This document shows, piece by piece, positions 40,690 through 54,689 of a DNA stretch of 64,000 nucleotides; the stretch's first letter is position 1; each line of letters opens with the position of its first letter. The notes beneath the pieces are model-generated. The model saw only the letters and a list, made by a program, of their open reading frames with translations. It was not told the DNA's origin and searched no databases. Origin of the DNA: Eledone cirrhosa. Taxonomy: Eukaryota. The position numbers and the translations under genes are program-made. Location: NCBI GenBank assembly GCA_964016885.1, contig CAXHJY010000431.1, positions 1 through 64,000 of the forward strand, read 5' to 3'.

Positions 40690-41333
40690 CAGTGCATCTT
40701 CGCTTAACCGGATATCGCTTTTCCGAAATTCGATTTACCGGACGGCTATTTCTATACTACCTCCGGATGAGGAGGACTTGATTTCGGCAGACGGACAGAT
40801 TCGAGCAGAATTTCTTCCGGCGAACGTTACGTCACTTATTCAGCCAATGGACCAGGGAGTTTTGGAGACACTAAAGCGGATTTACAGAAAACAATTGCTG
40901 CGGGATTTGATCGGAAAAGGGGACACGGGAATGATTCCATTTTTACGTGCGATAGACATGAGGGAGGTGGTTGACCGTTGAGCTGTTGCGAGGAAATGGT
41001 AGCGGGAAATGATAGCGGAACGACGAGCTTCGGCGCGAAAACAATCTTCTATTTATTCATTTTTATAAAAATACTAACTTTTTATGGTTTGACTCAATTC
41101 AGTTTTACCAAGTTTTTAGTTATTCTTATGTTTGTTTAATAAATTGTCTTATAAATTCTAGCTGTTCTTTTGTTATTCTAATAAACTTTCTTTTATTTTG
41201 ACTAAAAGAAGCCAAAACATTAGAAACCACGAGCATTATGTAACAATGGGATTTTAGAATTCACTTATCCGGATATTTCACTTAACCGGATCTTTTTCTA
41301 ACTGTTTGGTTTTGACCGATAAGCCAAGATTCA

Positions 41334-41336
<3 letters not shown>
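40690..41336 (+). mobile_element. Internally deleted pogo/Tigger transposon
   Basis: [17 protein letters not shown] motif; imperfect TIRs cagtgcatcttcgcttaaccg / cgataagccaagattcagtg. Confidence 0.85.
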
Positions 41337-41373
<37 letters not shown>

Positions 41374-41499
41374 GTAGCAGGTGAGTTTTATTGTAATACA
41401 ATAAAGCAATGCAGATTTCGGATAAGAAGCACTCTACAGTTTGTAGTGTATACATAATATATAAGATCAACATAACTTAAAAATAATATATAAGATCAA

Positions 41500-42775
41500 C
41501 ATAACTTAAAAATTGAATTTGATAACAGCATCAAACTAGCTAATTTCTTGGATGTATCTCTTAATCTTGACACTGGCCTATATTACCCTTACCATAAAAA
41601 CAATGAGAACCTAAATTATGTTAATTTTAAATCTAACCACCCACTAATATTAAGAATGCTATAGTTAGTAATATTGGAAAAAGAATATCTAATCTATCTT
41701 CTAATAACATATTTGATGCTAACGCCAATTACTATAATAACGCACTTTCTAAAGCCGGCTATCCTGATAAAATCAAATATAGTAAAGAAACAAATTCTAG
41801 AAGATCTTACAGTAGAATAATTAATCATGATCATTCCAATAACTTTAATAAAAGACCTAGATACAAAAACATAATCTGGTATAATGCTCCTTTCTCCATC
41901 TCTATTAATAATAATATTTCTAAATTATTCTTTAGTGCCTTAAATAAATGCTTCCCTCCCTCACATATTTATAGTAAAATATTTAACAAACACACTATAA
42001 AATTTTGCTATTCGACCTCCTCCAACATCTCCAACATTATCTCTAAACACAACAATAAAATACTAAATACTAAATCTCTTCCTTCCAACACTGAATATCA
42101 TAATAATAGTAATAGTACTCCCGACGTCATTGTAAACTCTAGGCTAATTTCTGAAAACCCAAATACAACGTCAAACACAACTTCGCTAAATGTTCTTAAT
42201 CCCATTCTAAATCAAGAAACTATTATTCCTATCGTAAATAACTTCTCCAATCCAATTCCTTCTATAGATAACACGAGGTCACTTGTTAATAACTCTGCTA
42301 ATCTCTCTAATCGCAATTGCAATTGCCCTGTTAAAAATAAATGTCCTCTCAACAACCATTGTCTTGAAAAAAACTTAATCTACGAATGTAAAGTTATAAC
42401 TGACACCAATTCCTTCACCTATTTTGGCTCCACTTCCAAAGCTCGTCTTTATAATCATCATTCGTCTTTTAAATACCAACTTAAAAGAACCAACACGGCA
42501 CTCTCAGAACTCATATGGTCCTTGAAAGACAAAAATATTAAATATAACATCTCTTGGAAAAAGGTTTCTTCTGCTTCTCCAATCTTGAACAGTTCTCTAT
42601 CCAAGCTTAAATCTCTGTTTAAATGAAAAATGTACCATTATATCTAATTTAGATTCTATAATAAATAGACGCACTGACTTGTTTTCTCTCTGCTTGCATA
42701 AATTCCACAGAACATTCCATAAAGTATACAGCTAATATCTAATACTTTATCAATTTAAAATCCTTTTCTCAAAGG

Positions 42776-42832
<57 letters not shown>

Positions 42833-43805
42833 TTCTTTAAAAATATACCCATCTTTCTACCTTATTTCAAAGTTATTTATTATACATTATATAATACTAG
42901 TTACTCATTCTATATCAATCCTATTTATCACTTCCCTTTCTTCCTTTTCTTTTTCTTTTCTTTTTCTTTTAATTTCTAACCCCTAATCTGTACCTTTTCT
43001 CATTGTGCCTAACATAGAAACAATTATTACACAGTACAATACATTCTTACTTTATATCACCTTGAAAAAATCCTTCGTAAACATAAACATTTTTTTTGAC
43101 GTTAGATTATTCATCTTCAATTCATTATTTTTTTCTCCCTTTCATGCTCATCTAACTTATTCAACCTATCTTCTACTTCTTTCACAATATATCCTTACTT
43201 ACATTACTATTGCTATATTTTTACATTTTTTTAATAATACATATCAACATTTTCTTTCCATCGCACATATTATTAAACCCTTAAATATTATTCTTAATAC
43301 ATATTAACAATTTCTTTTCATCGCACATATCATTAAACCCTTCAATATACAAACCTTAATTTAACATCATTCTTCTCTTCGTTAATTTTCAAATTCTTTT
43401 AATTTATACATTATCTTCCAACGGTTTTTCAACCTCTCTATGTAAAACAATATATTTTTCTCAGTTATAAAAGCTATCTCTCTCTCTCTATCACCCATCT
43501 CTCCTCCTATCTCATCCTTCCTCATTATACTCCTCCCCCTCCACTTTTTATTCTCATCTCCTCCTCTTTTTCATCCTTTCCACCCCCCCCCCCCCTCAAA
43601 TTTTTTTTCCCAATATCACACATCAATCTAAAACTACTTTTCATATGTTGATTTAAAACTGCACTATCCAAAAGTGTTTTTAACCTTCATATCATGTCTT
43701 CCTATTTTATCTGATGAAAACACAAATGTTATTGCATGATGATATTTGTTTTTGAAATGCGCATAATAAAATACATGGAACTCTTTAAACCATCTTTTGA
43801 TCTTA
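41500..43805 (+). mobile_element. Penelope-like (Naiad-type) element 2
   Basis: NFLDVSLNL..YYPYHK..YVNFKSNHP, IIWYNAPFS, CNCPVKNKCPLNNHCL..LIY..YFGST; HHR followed by (TA)n. Confidence 0.85.
43703..43773 (+). ncRNA. Type I hammerhead ribozyme
   Basis: tattttat-CTGATGA-long stem II (caaatgttatt/gatgatatttg)-GAAA-tgcgca-TA-ataaaata. Confidence 0.88.
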
Positions 43806-43819
43806 TATATATATATATG

Positions 43820-43864
<45 letters not shown>

Positions 43865-43865
<1 letters not shown>

Positions 43866-44470
43866 TTATGAAGAGAGAAGAAACATTTAGATATAATTAG
43901 TAATAAAATGTATCATACCTAAACTGCTCCTAGATTCCTCGACTACGTAGTTTCGCGGCATAAACAAAAACAATACATCATAAAGATATAGAGTCCTTGC
44001 GAGGTCTGCCGACTTATCAAGAGGATACCTCATTTTACTAGTCTCAAGAACACGTCTACACGACGTGAGAAAGAATCCCAAAAGGCGGAGGGGGAGATAG
44101 TCACGCGATATAACGGTCGAGAAACAGAGCTAAGCCTCTTATAACCCCGAAAAGAATACCACGGAGGCGGAGGGGGTATTTATATCGAAGCCGTAGAAGA
44201 GGTGGTGAAGGAGGCGAGAAGTATGAGTAATGGAAGCTTTCCAGCAGTCCCCACACCTCAAAGATTGCTCGACCAGAGGGAGTTATTAACAATATATTTA
44301 GAAACACACAGATACATGTGGACACACACATATACATAATGTATTTTTAACTCTGATACTGGTTCAGTATTGAGCAACATCGGTGAAGTTGGCACCCTTA
44401 ACTCACGGTTGGGTGCGGATGCATTCATGTATATGTGTGTGTCCGCATGTATCTGTGTGTTTCTAAATAT
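43865..44470 (-). mobile_element. Non-coding HHR element in (TA)n, copy 1
   Basis: Homologous to 54131-54690; internal inversion 44293-44337 / 44427-44471. Confidence 0.75.
43936..44025 (-). ncRNA. Hammerhead with U3-A8 core and extended stem II
   Basis: Minus strand: tcctc-TTGATAA-gtcggca...tgccgc-GAAA-ctacgtag-TC-gagga. Confidence 0.8.
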
Positions 44471-44491
44471 ATATATATATATGTATATATA

Positions 44492-45214
<723 letters not shown>

Positions 45215-45492
45215 GGTATCCACTGTAAGTTGTGGGGTCTATTCTGTATGAAGAACTCAATGTAATCCATGTGTTGAAATTGTTGTAGGTTAAGATAAAT
45301 CTCAGAAAACAATAAAACATTAAAAGGAAAACAGAGTCATGATATAAGTTAAAACAATGAAATAAAAAATCAAGTCATTAGAGATCTTTTTTATTTCATT
45401 GTTTTATACTTGGAATAATAATAGTGAAAGAATGAAGAGTAACATGGTTGGCTGTACAACAAGGGGCTTTATTTAAAGTACTGGCAATTCTT

Positions 45493-45564
<72 letters not shown>

Positions 45565-45567
<3 letters not shown>

Positions 45568-45760
45568 CGAAGGAAATGTGGTAAGGAACCAGGTGGACCA
45601 TAACGCACCAAAGTACTCAATACTTAGGGTAGTAGAGTGGGTAATAGGAACAAGTAAGACCCCGACGGCTGAGCTCAAGCCGTTTCGACGGCTAATTCAG
45701 TACAGAATTAGCCGTCGAAACGGCTTGAGCTCAGCCGTCGGGGTCTTACTTGTTCCTATA
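45565..45760. mobile_element. Fold-back PLE-type terminal fragment in (TA)n; further copies at 60956-61190
   Basis: Palindrome 45644-45759; GAAA-cggct(tgagctc)agccg-TC HHR 3' half. Confidence 0.7.
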
Positions 45761-45772
45761 TATATATATATA

Positions 45773-45824
<52 letters not shown>

Positions 45825-46591
45825 GACTATATATATATACAGTCAAGTTTGCTGTAGAATACACTGAGTCCATATCGCAAACAGTTTTAAATAGTGCGGT
45901 TTTGAACATACACAGTCAAAAGAATATTTCTATCTCAATCAGAAAAATCTGTAAACCACTTAACACCTTTTTCCGCGCGAAACGGCTTCACACAATATAA
46001 GAGATAAACTTCTAACCCTGCCCACTCAATCTCCAGACAACCTGACAATATGCATCCTCTAAAATATCAACATAGGCACTGTTATATAATGGTCTTGAAC
46101 AAAGACAGTTCTTGAATATCGCAACTGTCTTGAACCAATTGATCGCGTAAGATGCGGACCAACTGGATATAGAGGCATTACCGACATCATGACAAATAGC
46201 AGATATATTTCATTCAGCGATAAAATATAAGACAATTAAGTTAAGGATATGTACACACATGGAAATGCTTTAAGAAGCCCCCCCCCCCCCGCCCCACACA
46301 CACACACAACAGTCATATATATTTCCATAAAATGCCTGCAACTTCCCACACATAGCATCTGCTAATACACAGACACTCTTCCCCACTCTTCCCCACTCTC
46401 TCGATGTAAATATATATAATATATATATATATATATACATGTGGAGGGAGTGTCATGCTTGTGTATATATAAATATATATAAATATATACATATATATAT
46501 ACATAATTGAATATATATCTCTCTCTCTATATATATATAATAGTGACGAAACATTAGTCAATTGCATGAACTCATAATCCTTTATTTACTG

Positions 46592-46653
<62 letters not shown>

Positions 46654-46711
46654 TCACCCGTTAATATGCATAAGGTAAGTATATACGTTCAACAATCTGG
46701 CAGGAAGGTAT

Positions 46712-46754
46712 ACGTTGCTGACGATAGCTAATAAGCTTGAAACTAGTACAGCGT
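46712..46754 (+). ncRNA. Type I hammerhead ribozyme
   Basis: acgttg-CTGACGA-t-agct(aata)agct-t-GAAA-ctag-TA-cagcgt, within a ~220-bp island between TA-rich tracts. Confidence 0.8.
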
Positions 46755-47017
46755 TCCTTTGTCAGTGTTGAACGAACGAGCAACGATGGTTGATGGACAC
46801 TACGGCTTAATACGGGATGTTTGTTTACAAACACACCGAGCATTATACTAAATGTTCGGTGAAACCATACGTACATATATATATATGTGTGCATATATGT
46901 ATATATATATACATACTACTGTACGTCTGTATACATATATGTATGTACGTGTACATACTTATATTTAAGTAACAGCCGTACTAAGAGTGGGAAATGAAAT
47001 TTCGTTTCATTTTTTCC

Positions 47018-47099
<82 letters not shown>

Positions 47100-47345
47100 T
47101 ATATATACAATTATGTATATATATATGTATACATTTATATATATTTATATATATATATAGTTATATTTAAACATGTATGTACATACACATATACATACAT
47201 ACATATACATGGTGAGGAAGATAGTTATATACGATGTATGTGCATGGGTACAGAATGCATATAATCTTGCGTGAGACACAGAAACAAAAGACCTACTTAC
47301 ACATATACACGCAACGTACATGCACACACATATATATACACACAC

Positions 47346-47399
<54 letters not shown>

Positions 47400-47484
47400 A
47401 TAATAAAAAAATTGAAGACTAAAATCCAAAGAGGGCTCGTTAAGGGTGAAAGCAGCGATATTTTGCTTAAACTTTAATCTGTTA

Positions 47485-47553
<69 letters not shown>

Positions 47554-47684
47554 GTGAGGCTTTTTTTACAAAATGAAAAATAACCGAGGTGTCCTACACG
47601 AGTGGAAGTATAAAGAAAAAGGGATGAAATCGAAAATGCAACTGAAGTCTTATTTTTTTAAAAAATATATATATTTATTTGGTT

Positions 47685-47722
47685 CCTTTACCGGTTTCGC
47701 AGTTCTTCTGCTTTTCAAAAGG
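47685..47722 (-). ncRNA. Minimal hammerhead with U3-A8 core (mirror copy)
   Basis: Reverse complement of 47788-47825. Confidence 0.7.
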
Positions 47723-47787
47723 TGAGTTGAGATGGAGGGTCTGTGGTTTTTCTCAGAGAAAAACCACAGACCCTCCATCTCAACTCA

Positions 47788-47825
47788 CCTTTTGAAAAGC
47801 AGAAGAACTGCGAAACCGGTAAAGG
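47788..47825 (+). ncRNA. Minimal hammerhead with U3-A8 core
   Basis: cctt-TTGAAAA-gcag(aagaa)ctgc-GAAA-ccgg-TA-aagg. Confidence 0.7.
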
Positions 47826-47912
47826 AACCAAATAAATATATATATTTAAAAAAAAAATAAGACTTCAGTTGCATTTTCGATTTCATCCCTTTTTCTTTAT
47901 GTATATATATAT

Positions 47913-48237
47913 ATATAATAGAAAACGAAAAATCAGTGATGCATCTGAACTCAATTTATTGTGTGTTACAATTGTTTCGTCGGCGGACAGCTCGAGATGT
48001 GATCATTGTGTGGATCTGTTTGATTCTGGACCCGCAGGTTTGACGGACACGTCTAATGATTTCGGAGCATATTCTGTTACTGCTCCGAAATCATTAGACG
48101 TGTCTGTCAAACCTGCGGGTCAAGAATCAGACAGATCCACACAATGATCACATCTCGAGCTGTCCGCCGACGAAACAATTGTAACACACAATAAATTGAG
48201 TTCAGATGCATCACTGATTTTTCGTTTTCTATTATAT
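47913..48237. repeat. 325-bp fold-back (157-bp arms, 11-nt spacer)
   Basis: 47913-48069 is the inverse of 48081-48237; GAAA-caattg-TA at 48172-48183. Confidence 0.93.
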
Positions 48238-48306
48238 CATACTCTGCTCTGTAAGAGCATAGAGTGCTCAACCGGCATACCGCCTATGGAAGCCTCTAAG
48301 CTACTA

Positions 48307-48425
<119 letters not shown>

Positions 48426-48440
48426 CACACATACACACAC

Positions 48441-48471
<31 letters not shown>

Positions 48472-48472
48472 C

Positions 48473-48544
<72 letters not shown>

Positions 48545-48551
<7 letters not shown>

Positions 48552-49298
48552 CAAATAACGAAACGAAATTAAATTTCGTTTCGTTTGTAACTCACTTTTG
48601 TATGACTGACGCTTAAACAATTAAGTTAAAAATGTACATCTACATATGCATACTGAAATACTAGTGTGTATATGAATACACACACGTATACATATGTGGG
48701 TGTAACAAGTCTTTCACTGGTTGCTTTACTGTGAGCAACCCAGCTATTCTGTATGTAAACACACAGACAAACCGGTTTTTAGAGTCATACTGGTTTTCGG
48801 GGGAACACCTTCCCTCTATTCTCCAGAAAGCCAGACAAGGAATATTGAACTAGTTTCGTTGTTGTTACAACTCATCAGCAATATTTACCTATCTACCGGC
48901 CCTTCTGGAGAATTGTAAAAGCACATATCGTTATATGCTTTTTCTATGAAAATTAGTAGTGGGCAGACTAATTTGCATAGAGTGTGAGTACGCACCGGTT
49001 CAGCGGAGACGATAAAAACAAATAACGAAACGAAATTAAATTTCGTTTCGTTTGTAACTCACTTTTGTATGACTGACGCTTAAACAATTAAGTTAAAAAT
49101 GTACATCTACATATGCATACTGAAATACTAGTGTGTATATGAATACACACACGTATACATATGTGGGTGTAACAAGTCTTTCACTGGTTGCTTTACTGTG
49201 AGCAACCCAGCTATTCTGTATGTAAACACACAGACAAACCGGTGTTCCCCCGAAAACCAGTATGACTCTAAAAACCGGTTTGTCTGTGTGTTTACATA
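48545..49298 (-). mobile_element. Second copy of the retrozyme-like element (period ~467) with a short inversion
   Basis: 48551 repeats at 49018; inverted piece at ~49241-49298; the 3' end runs into (TA)n. Confidence 0.85.
48841..48885 (-). ncRNA. Type I hammerhead ribozyme, identical to 6747-6791
   Basis: aatattgaactagtttcgttgttgttacaactcatcagcaatatt. Confidence 0.9.
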
Positions 49299-49619
49299 CA
49301 AGTGTTTTACAGAGCCGAGATACAAAGTGTTAAAACGATCAAATTTTAGTTTAGAACATGTATTTGCTGACAATTGTTTCTTCCAGAGGGAAGTCTGGAT
49401 TTATCGGAGCATAATGAATGTCGAAACATGTGACTAAAATCATAGTCATTCAGAACATTTAGGGTACATAATTGCTGTTAGTGTCATAGACATCATGTCG
49501 AGAGTCAGGAGTTAACAAGGTGTTATGCTTGAGAGAACGCAATTACAGGCAGCACTGGTTGAAAGCATAAGAGGTATAAGCAAAAAGTACAGGCAAAAAA
49601 GTCATAAGCAAGGAAAAAT

Positions 49620-50456
49620 GTGGGATAGGAAAGTAAAACTAGGATACTCATGCGCTAAGAACATGAAGGCCCACATCACCAACAGCCCTAAGAGCAACAC
49701 CCCACCAGAGTGCTTTTGCCCTAAGCCCGAAGCTTGTCCTCTTCAACAGCAATGCAACACACCCGCTGTAGTTTATGAAGCTGTGGTCACTTCCAACCTT
49801 CCAAATCAACCACAGGATGTCAAATCCTGTGTGGGTATGGCGGAGGGCCGATTTAAGGAACGTTTCCTGAACCACCAGTCGACCTTTAGGTACCCGGACA
49901 GACGTTCATCCACGAAATTCGCGAGCCACGTATGGTCCCTCAAGGACGTAAGTATAGACTACTCCATTCAATGGAAAGCCATCACTAAGTCCAAGCCATA
50001 CGCAAGGGGCAATCCGTCGTATGGACTATGTATTGATGAACAAATAAATATTCTAAAGAGATTACGCAATAGCGATTGCCTAAACTCAAGAAATGAATTC
50101 TTCACACGTTGTTCACACGACTGGAAACACCTCTTACAAAGCTCCGGATTGAATTACAACAACATCTTAATTTTCTTATCAACTAGAAACTCTCGGACTT
50201 TCGCAGTTACCTCCCTTACACCTCTCGCACGCAATTTAGTATTGCCTGAGTGAAGTGACCGTTTCTGCGCATGCGCGTTCGTACGGTTGTCCTTCATGTT
50301 CCGTATAACCATATCCATTACGAGTTGAGGATCCACTAAGGTGAAACAATTGTTCTCGGTATGGTGAACTAACTGTTGTGTAAGCACTTCCACCTAACTC
50401 GTCCCATGGACTGAGTGCTCTACCACTACGGATATTACCTTCCAGTGTTCTACCAC

Positions 50457-50458
<2 letters not shown>
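49620..50458 (+). mobile_element. Penelope-like (Naiad-type) element 3, GIY-YIG end
   Basis: VKLGYSC..NM, CFC..CPLQQQC..VVY..GMAEGRFKERFLNH..WSLK..LNSRNE..CSH; ends at (TA)n. Confidence 0.85.
50315..50363 (+). ncRNA. Degenerate hammerhead (U3-G8 core, weak stem II)
   Basis: ccattacgag-TTGAGGA-tccactaaggt-GAAA-caattg-TT-ctcggtatgg. Confidence 0.55.
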
Positions 50459-50552
<94 letters not shown>

Positions 50553-50676
50553 TACATATATATAAATATATACATACATATATATATATGTATATATATA
50601 TATAACCAAAAGTTTATATGGTTCATTGATTATTCACCGAATTCAATTTTACAATAGATTAGAAGTACTCGACAGA

Positions 50677-52671
50677 TTTTATCTGGAGTATCTATAATAT
50701 TATTCAAAATATTAATAAATGAGAAATATTATCATAACCAAATAGCAATGTGAATGGTATAATACCTTTAAATAACAATACGAATAAATGTAATTGTAGA
50801 AATAATTGTAAATAAATGCGAATAAATGTAATCGACAGAAATTTATCTGGAGTATCTATAATATTATTCAAAATATTAATAAATTAGAAATATTATCATA
50901 TCCATATAGCAATGTTAATGGTATTATACCTTTAAATAACAATGCGAGTACATGTAATTGTAGAAATAGGTCCGCATGCCCACTACAAAATAATTGCCTT
51001 GATAAAAATCTTGTATACAAATGTACCATTAAGGCAAATGGTAATGTCTATAATTACATAGGTGCCACTTCATCTAAATTTAAGGACCGATGATATAATC
51101 ACAAGCATACTTTTAATAGACCGGATAAAAAATTCTCAACTTCACTTTCACAATTAGTATGGTCATTAAAAGACAATAACATTAAATACTCCATCTCTTG
51201 GAGAAAATTAAGATATGCTATCCCCTACCGGAACTCGGCAATCTCGGAATTTTTCCATCTTTGCAACGAGGATATCCTTCACATAATCACCAACCATGAC
51301 AATTTAAGCAACAAAAAGAATGAATTATTTAGTTCTTGTCATCATAAAATTGGTAAGACTTTCCAGGCAATGTACCAGTTCCAAAAAAATACGGACGAAT
51401 AACACCTTGAATATATGTAAATTTGCCTAATTGAAGTAAAAATTATATATATTTATATGTAATAACATAACCTCATTGAGAGTTTTTTATCCTACGAATA
51501 GATTAGGATAGTTCAGTATTTAACTAGACATTAATTAAGATATATAGATTAGATATGTTAAGGAACTTAAAAAATCGTTGGATGAGAGAGAAGATATTTC
51601 CTCTAAGTTAAACAAATTTTTTTTTGCATTGTAAAAGAGTTTTCTTCCTTTTGTTTACATTGTCCGTAAATTATATTAGCTTGCAAAAAATATATATAAA
51701 ATATAGATTAATAGATAATAATTAATAGTTTAATGGTACATAGACTATCATTAAACTTAAACTTTATATATTAGAATAATTAAGTATTGAAGTAAATATA
51801 AATATAACCCTTCATTAAGTGAAATAAAGTTTATGGAGAGTAAATATAACCACATGTAGATTTTAAAAAATAAATGAAAATATTAAAAAAGTTTCACCTA
51901 AAGTGTAATTTTGAATTAATTAAGATGATAAATGAACAAAATATATTATATATTGATGTGGATATATGCATTTTTAATACATTTTAATACATATTTAATA
52001 GATATTTAATAAACATTAAAGATAAAATGTTTAAAAGTTGCATTATAATGCTAAATAGAATATATAACAATATCTTACCTTATAATAAAACATTGTCATA
52101 ATCTAGAATGAATTAAATTAAATTAAATTAATTTAAGCATATAAATTTGTAATTAACTTAAATATTCGATTGCCGTAGAAATGAATCTATGCCTAATAAT
52201 CTAGATATATTATAAACTTATAATTAATTAAAGCGTAATCCAATACTAGCAGCATTCATTGATAAATAATAAGAATAATTTTTGAATTTTCTGTCTAGGA
52301 TTTGAATACAACGGGTTTTTTTATTCTCTCCTTTTCTTTATCCTTTCCTTTTCCTTTCCTTCTTTTCTTTATTTCCTTTCTTTTCCCTCCGCATCTTCCT
52401 TTCAACTCCCTTTCTATATTTCTTCGTTGCTTTACGTCTTCTTCTCTAAGTTTATCATATTATTTATGGTATATAAATGTTGAGTGTTGGGGAAATAACT
52501 TACTACCACTACAGGAATTGAAGATTCAAGACCTTAGGGGTATGTGGTATAACCAATCTCTTATATATTTTATCTGATGAAAACGTACTGAAACACCATT
52601 ATACCTTTGAAATATGTATAATAAAATATATACTTTGGTTATGATAATATTTCTCATTTATTAATATTTTG

Positions 52672-52680
<9 letters not shown>
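50677..52680 (+). mobile_element. Penelope-like (Naiad-type) element 4 with duplicated inverted terminal pieces
   Basis: CPLQNNCLDKNLVYKC..YIGATS at 50977-51400. 50695-50742 is the inverse of 52635-52680 and is itself duplicated near 50855. Confidence 0.85.
52562..52632 (+). ncRNA. Type I hammerhead (stem II decayed)
   Basis: tatatattttat-CTGATGA-aaa...ttt-GAAA-tatgta-TA-ataaaatatata. Confidence 0.8.
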
Positions 52681-52726
<46 letters not shown>

Positions 52727-52729
<3 letters not shown>

Positions 52730-53418
52730 GACATGGCCCGCAGAATGTGTTCCTCGATTCTCAGAACCTTCCAGTCGAGAGATATCCACACTGTTATCCT
52801 TCTCTTCACTTTTGCCCGACCCCGCCTTGAATACTGTTGTCCACTGTGGTCTCCCCACACGAAACAAAGTATCATGAAAGTTGAAGCACCCCAAAGGTCA
52901 ATTACCAAAAAGATAGATGGCATGACAGGCCTTGACTATTGGAGTCGATTAGAAAAGCTCAACCATTATTCTCTCCAACGTCGCTGTGAGCGCTACATTA
53001 TCTGCATGATGTATAAAATATTCCATCAGCTTTGCCCAAATGATGGTGGCATCACCTTTAAGGTACACCCAAGGCTTGGGCCCAGTGCTATCCGCCCACG
53101 ACAAAAATCTCACTCGCATCTCATAACAACAATACGGCACAATTATTTCACCTCAATTGGCCCCGCTCTCTTTAACATTACACCAAAACACATTAAAACA
53201 GAAACAGACCCCATCAAGTGCAAGAAGTCTTTGGAAAAATTCCTTCAAGAAAACCCAGATAAGCCTCCTACACCCGGATATACCTCCGTAAACAATAACT
53301 CTCTACTTGAGTGGGCCATGGTGCCCAAATCCTGATTTGAAAGACTTCGCCAGGTGGTGCTATTAAGTTAGACATGGCCTGGGCCAATACTGGCCAAAAC
53401 CTATCAAAGTTATCAAAG

Positions 53419-53420
<2 letters not shown>
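52727..53420 (+). mobile_element. CR1-clade LINE 3' fragment
   Basis: RPRLEYCCPLWSPH..QRSIT..LDYWSRL..YSLQRR; tail (tatcaaagt)2. Confidence 0.85.
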
Positions 53421-53467
<47 letters not shown>

Positions 53468-53472
<5 letters not shown>

Positions 53473-54094
53473 TGATTAATGTTCAGAGCCATTCTCAGCA
53501 TTCTCGTGTAGCCCCCATCCACCATCTGAGTGAGTTTCTTGGTCAGTGTCCAAGTCTCAGACCCGTATAGCAGCACAGACTCCACTACAGCAATGAAGAG
53601 GCGGATTTTCAGGTCTTTACGAAGGTCCGACTTCCACACCGATCTCAAGCTGTGGCACGCCGCCCAGGCTTTGCTCTTCCTCTCAACCACATCATCTTCC
53701 GTATTCCCAATCTTTGCTCCCAAATACAGGAAACCCTCAACCAATTCTAGCGGCTTCCCGCCTACATTAGTAATCCCCTCTGAACATTAATCAGTATACA
53801 CTGAGGATGAAAAACTCAGAGCTGTACGGGAGCCTCCTAAAATTCAGCTCAAAAGTTACACAGAGGAGACTGAGGTTAGCTGGACATGTTCACCGACATC
53901 CAGAGTTGACATTGCACTCAGTGCTTCTGTGGGAGCCACTACATGGACACACTGGAAGAGGAAGAGCAAGGTTAACGTATGTTGATGCCCTAAGGACAGG
54001 CACTGGTCTGTTGGAGACGCAGGACATGGCAGCGATAATGAGCGACAGAGACCGCTGGAGTGAACTCGTCCATGGATTTCGGGAATTTTACGCG

Positions 54095-54098
<4 letters not shown>
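53468..54098. mobile_element. RTE-like LINE 3' fragment with 5' inversion
   Basis: Minus ORF (FLYLG..LLYGSETWTLT..MLRMALNINQY) continues on the plus strand from ~53784 (RRLRLAGHVHRH..WEP..GRGR); (TA)n flanks. Confidence 0.85.
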
Positions 54099-54130
<32 letters not shown>

Positions 54131-54135
<5 letters not shown>

Positions 54136-54689
54136 GAAGAGTGAAGAAACATTTAGATATAATTAGTAATAAGATGTATCATACCTAAACTGCTTCTAGA
54201 TTCCTCGACTACGTAGTTTCGTGGCATAATCAAAAACAATACATCATAGAGATATAGAGCTTTTGTGAGGTCTGCCGACTTATCAAGAGGATACCTCATT
54301 TTACTAGCTTCAGAGGGCACGTCTATAAGATGTGAGATAGAATCCCAAAAGGCGGAGGGGGAGTCAATCACGTGATACGACGGTCAAGAAACAGAGCTAA
54401 GCCCCTTATAACCCTGAAAAAAATACCACGGAGGCGGAGGGGGTATTTATATCGAGTATAAATATATTAGGTATGATACATCTTATTACTAATTATATCT
54501 AAATGTTTCTTCTCTCTTCATAATGTACTTTTAGCTCTGATACTGGTTCAGTCTAATCCATTCGGATTGGTTTGTCCCAGTTATTCATAGAGCAACATCG
54601 GTTAAGGTTGGCACCATTAACTCAAGGATGGATGTGGATATATTCATGTATATGTATGTGTCCGCATGTATCTGTGTGTTTCTCAATAT

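Larger units (their letters stand above)
47611..47899. repeat. Near-perfect 289-bp palindrome centred at 47755
   Basis: Arms are reverse complements with a 1-nt spacer; the island lies between (TA)n tracts. Confidence 0.95.

Noticed and set aside
46544-46566. gacGAAAcattaGTC as an HHR 3' half
   Set aside because: No core or stem I partner found; too short to support.
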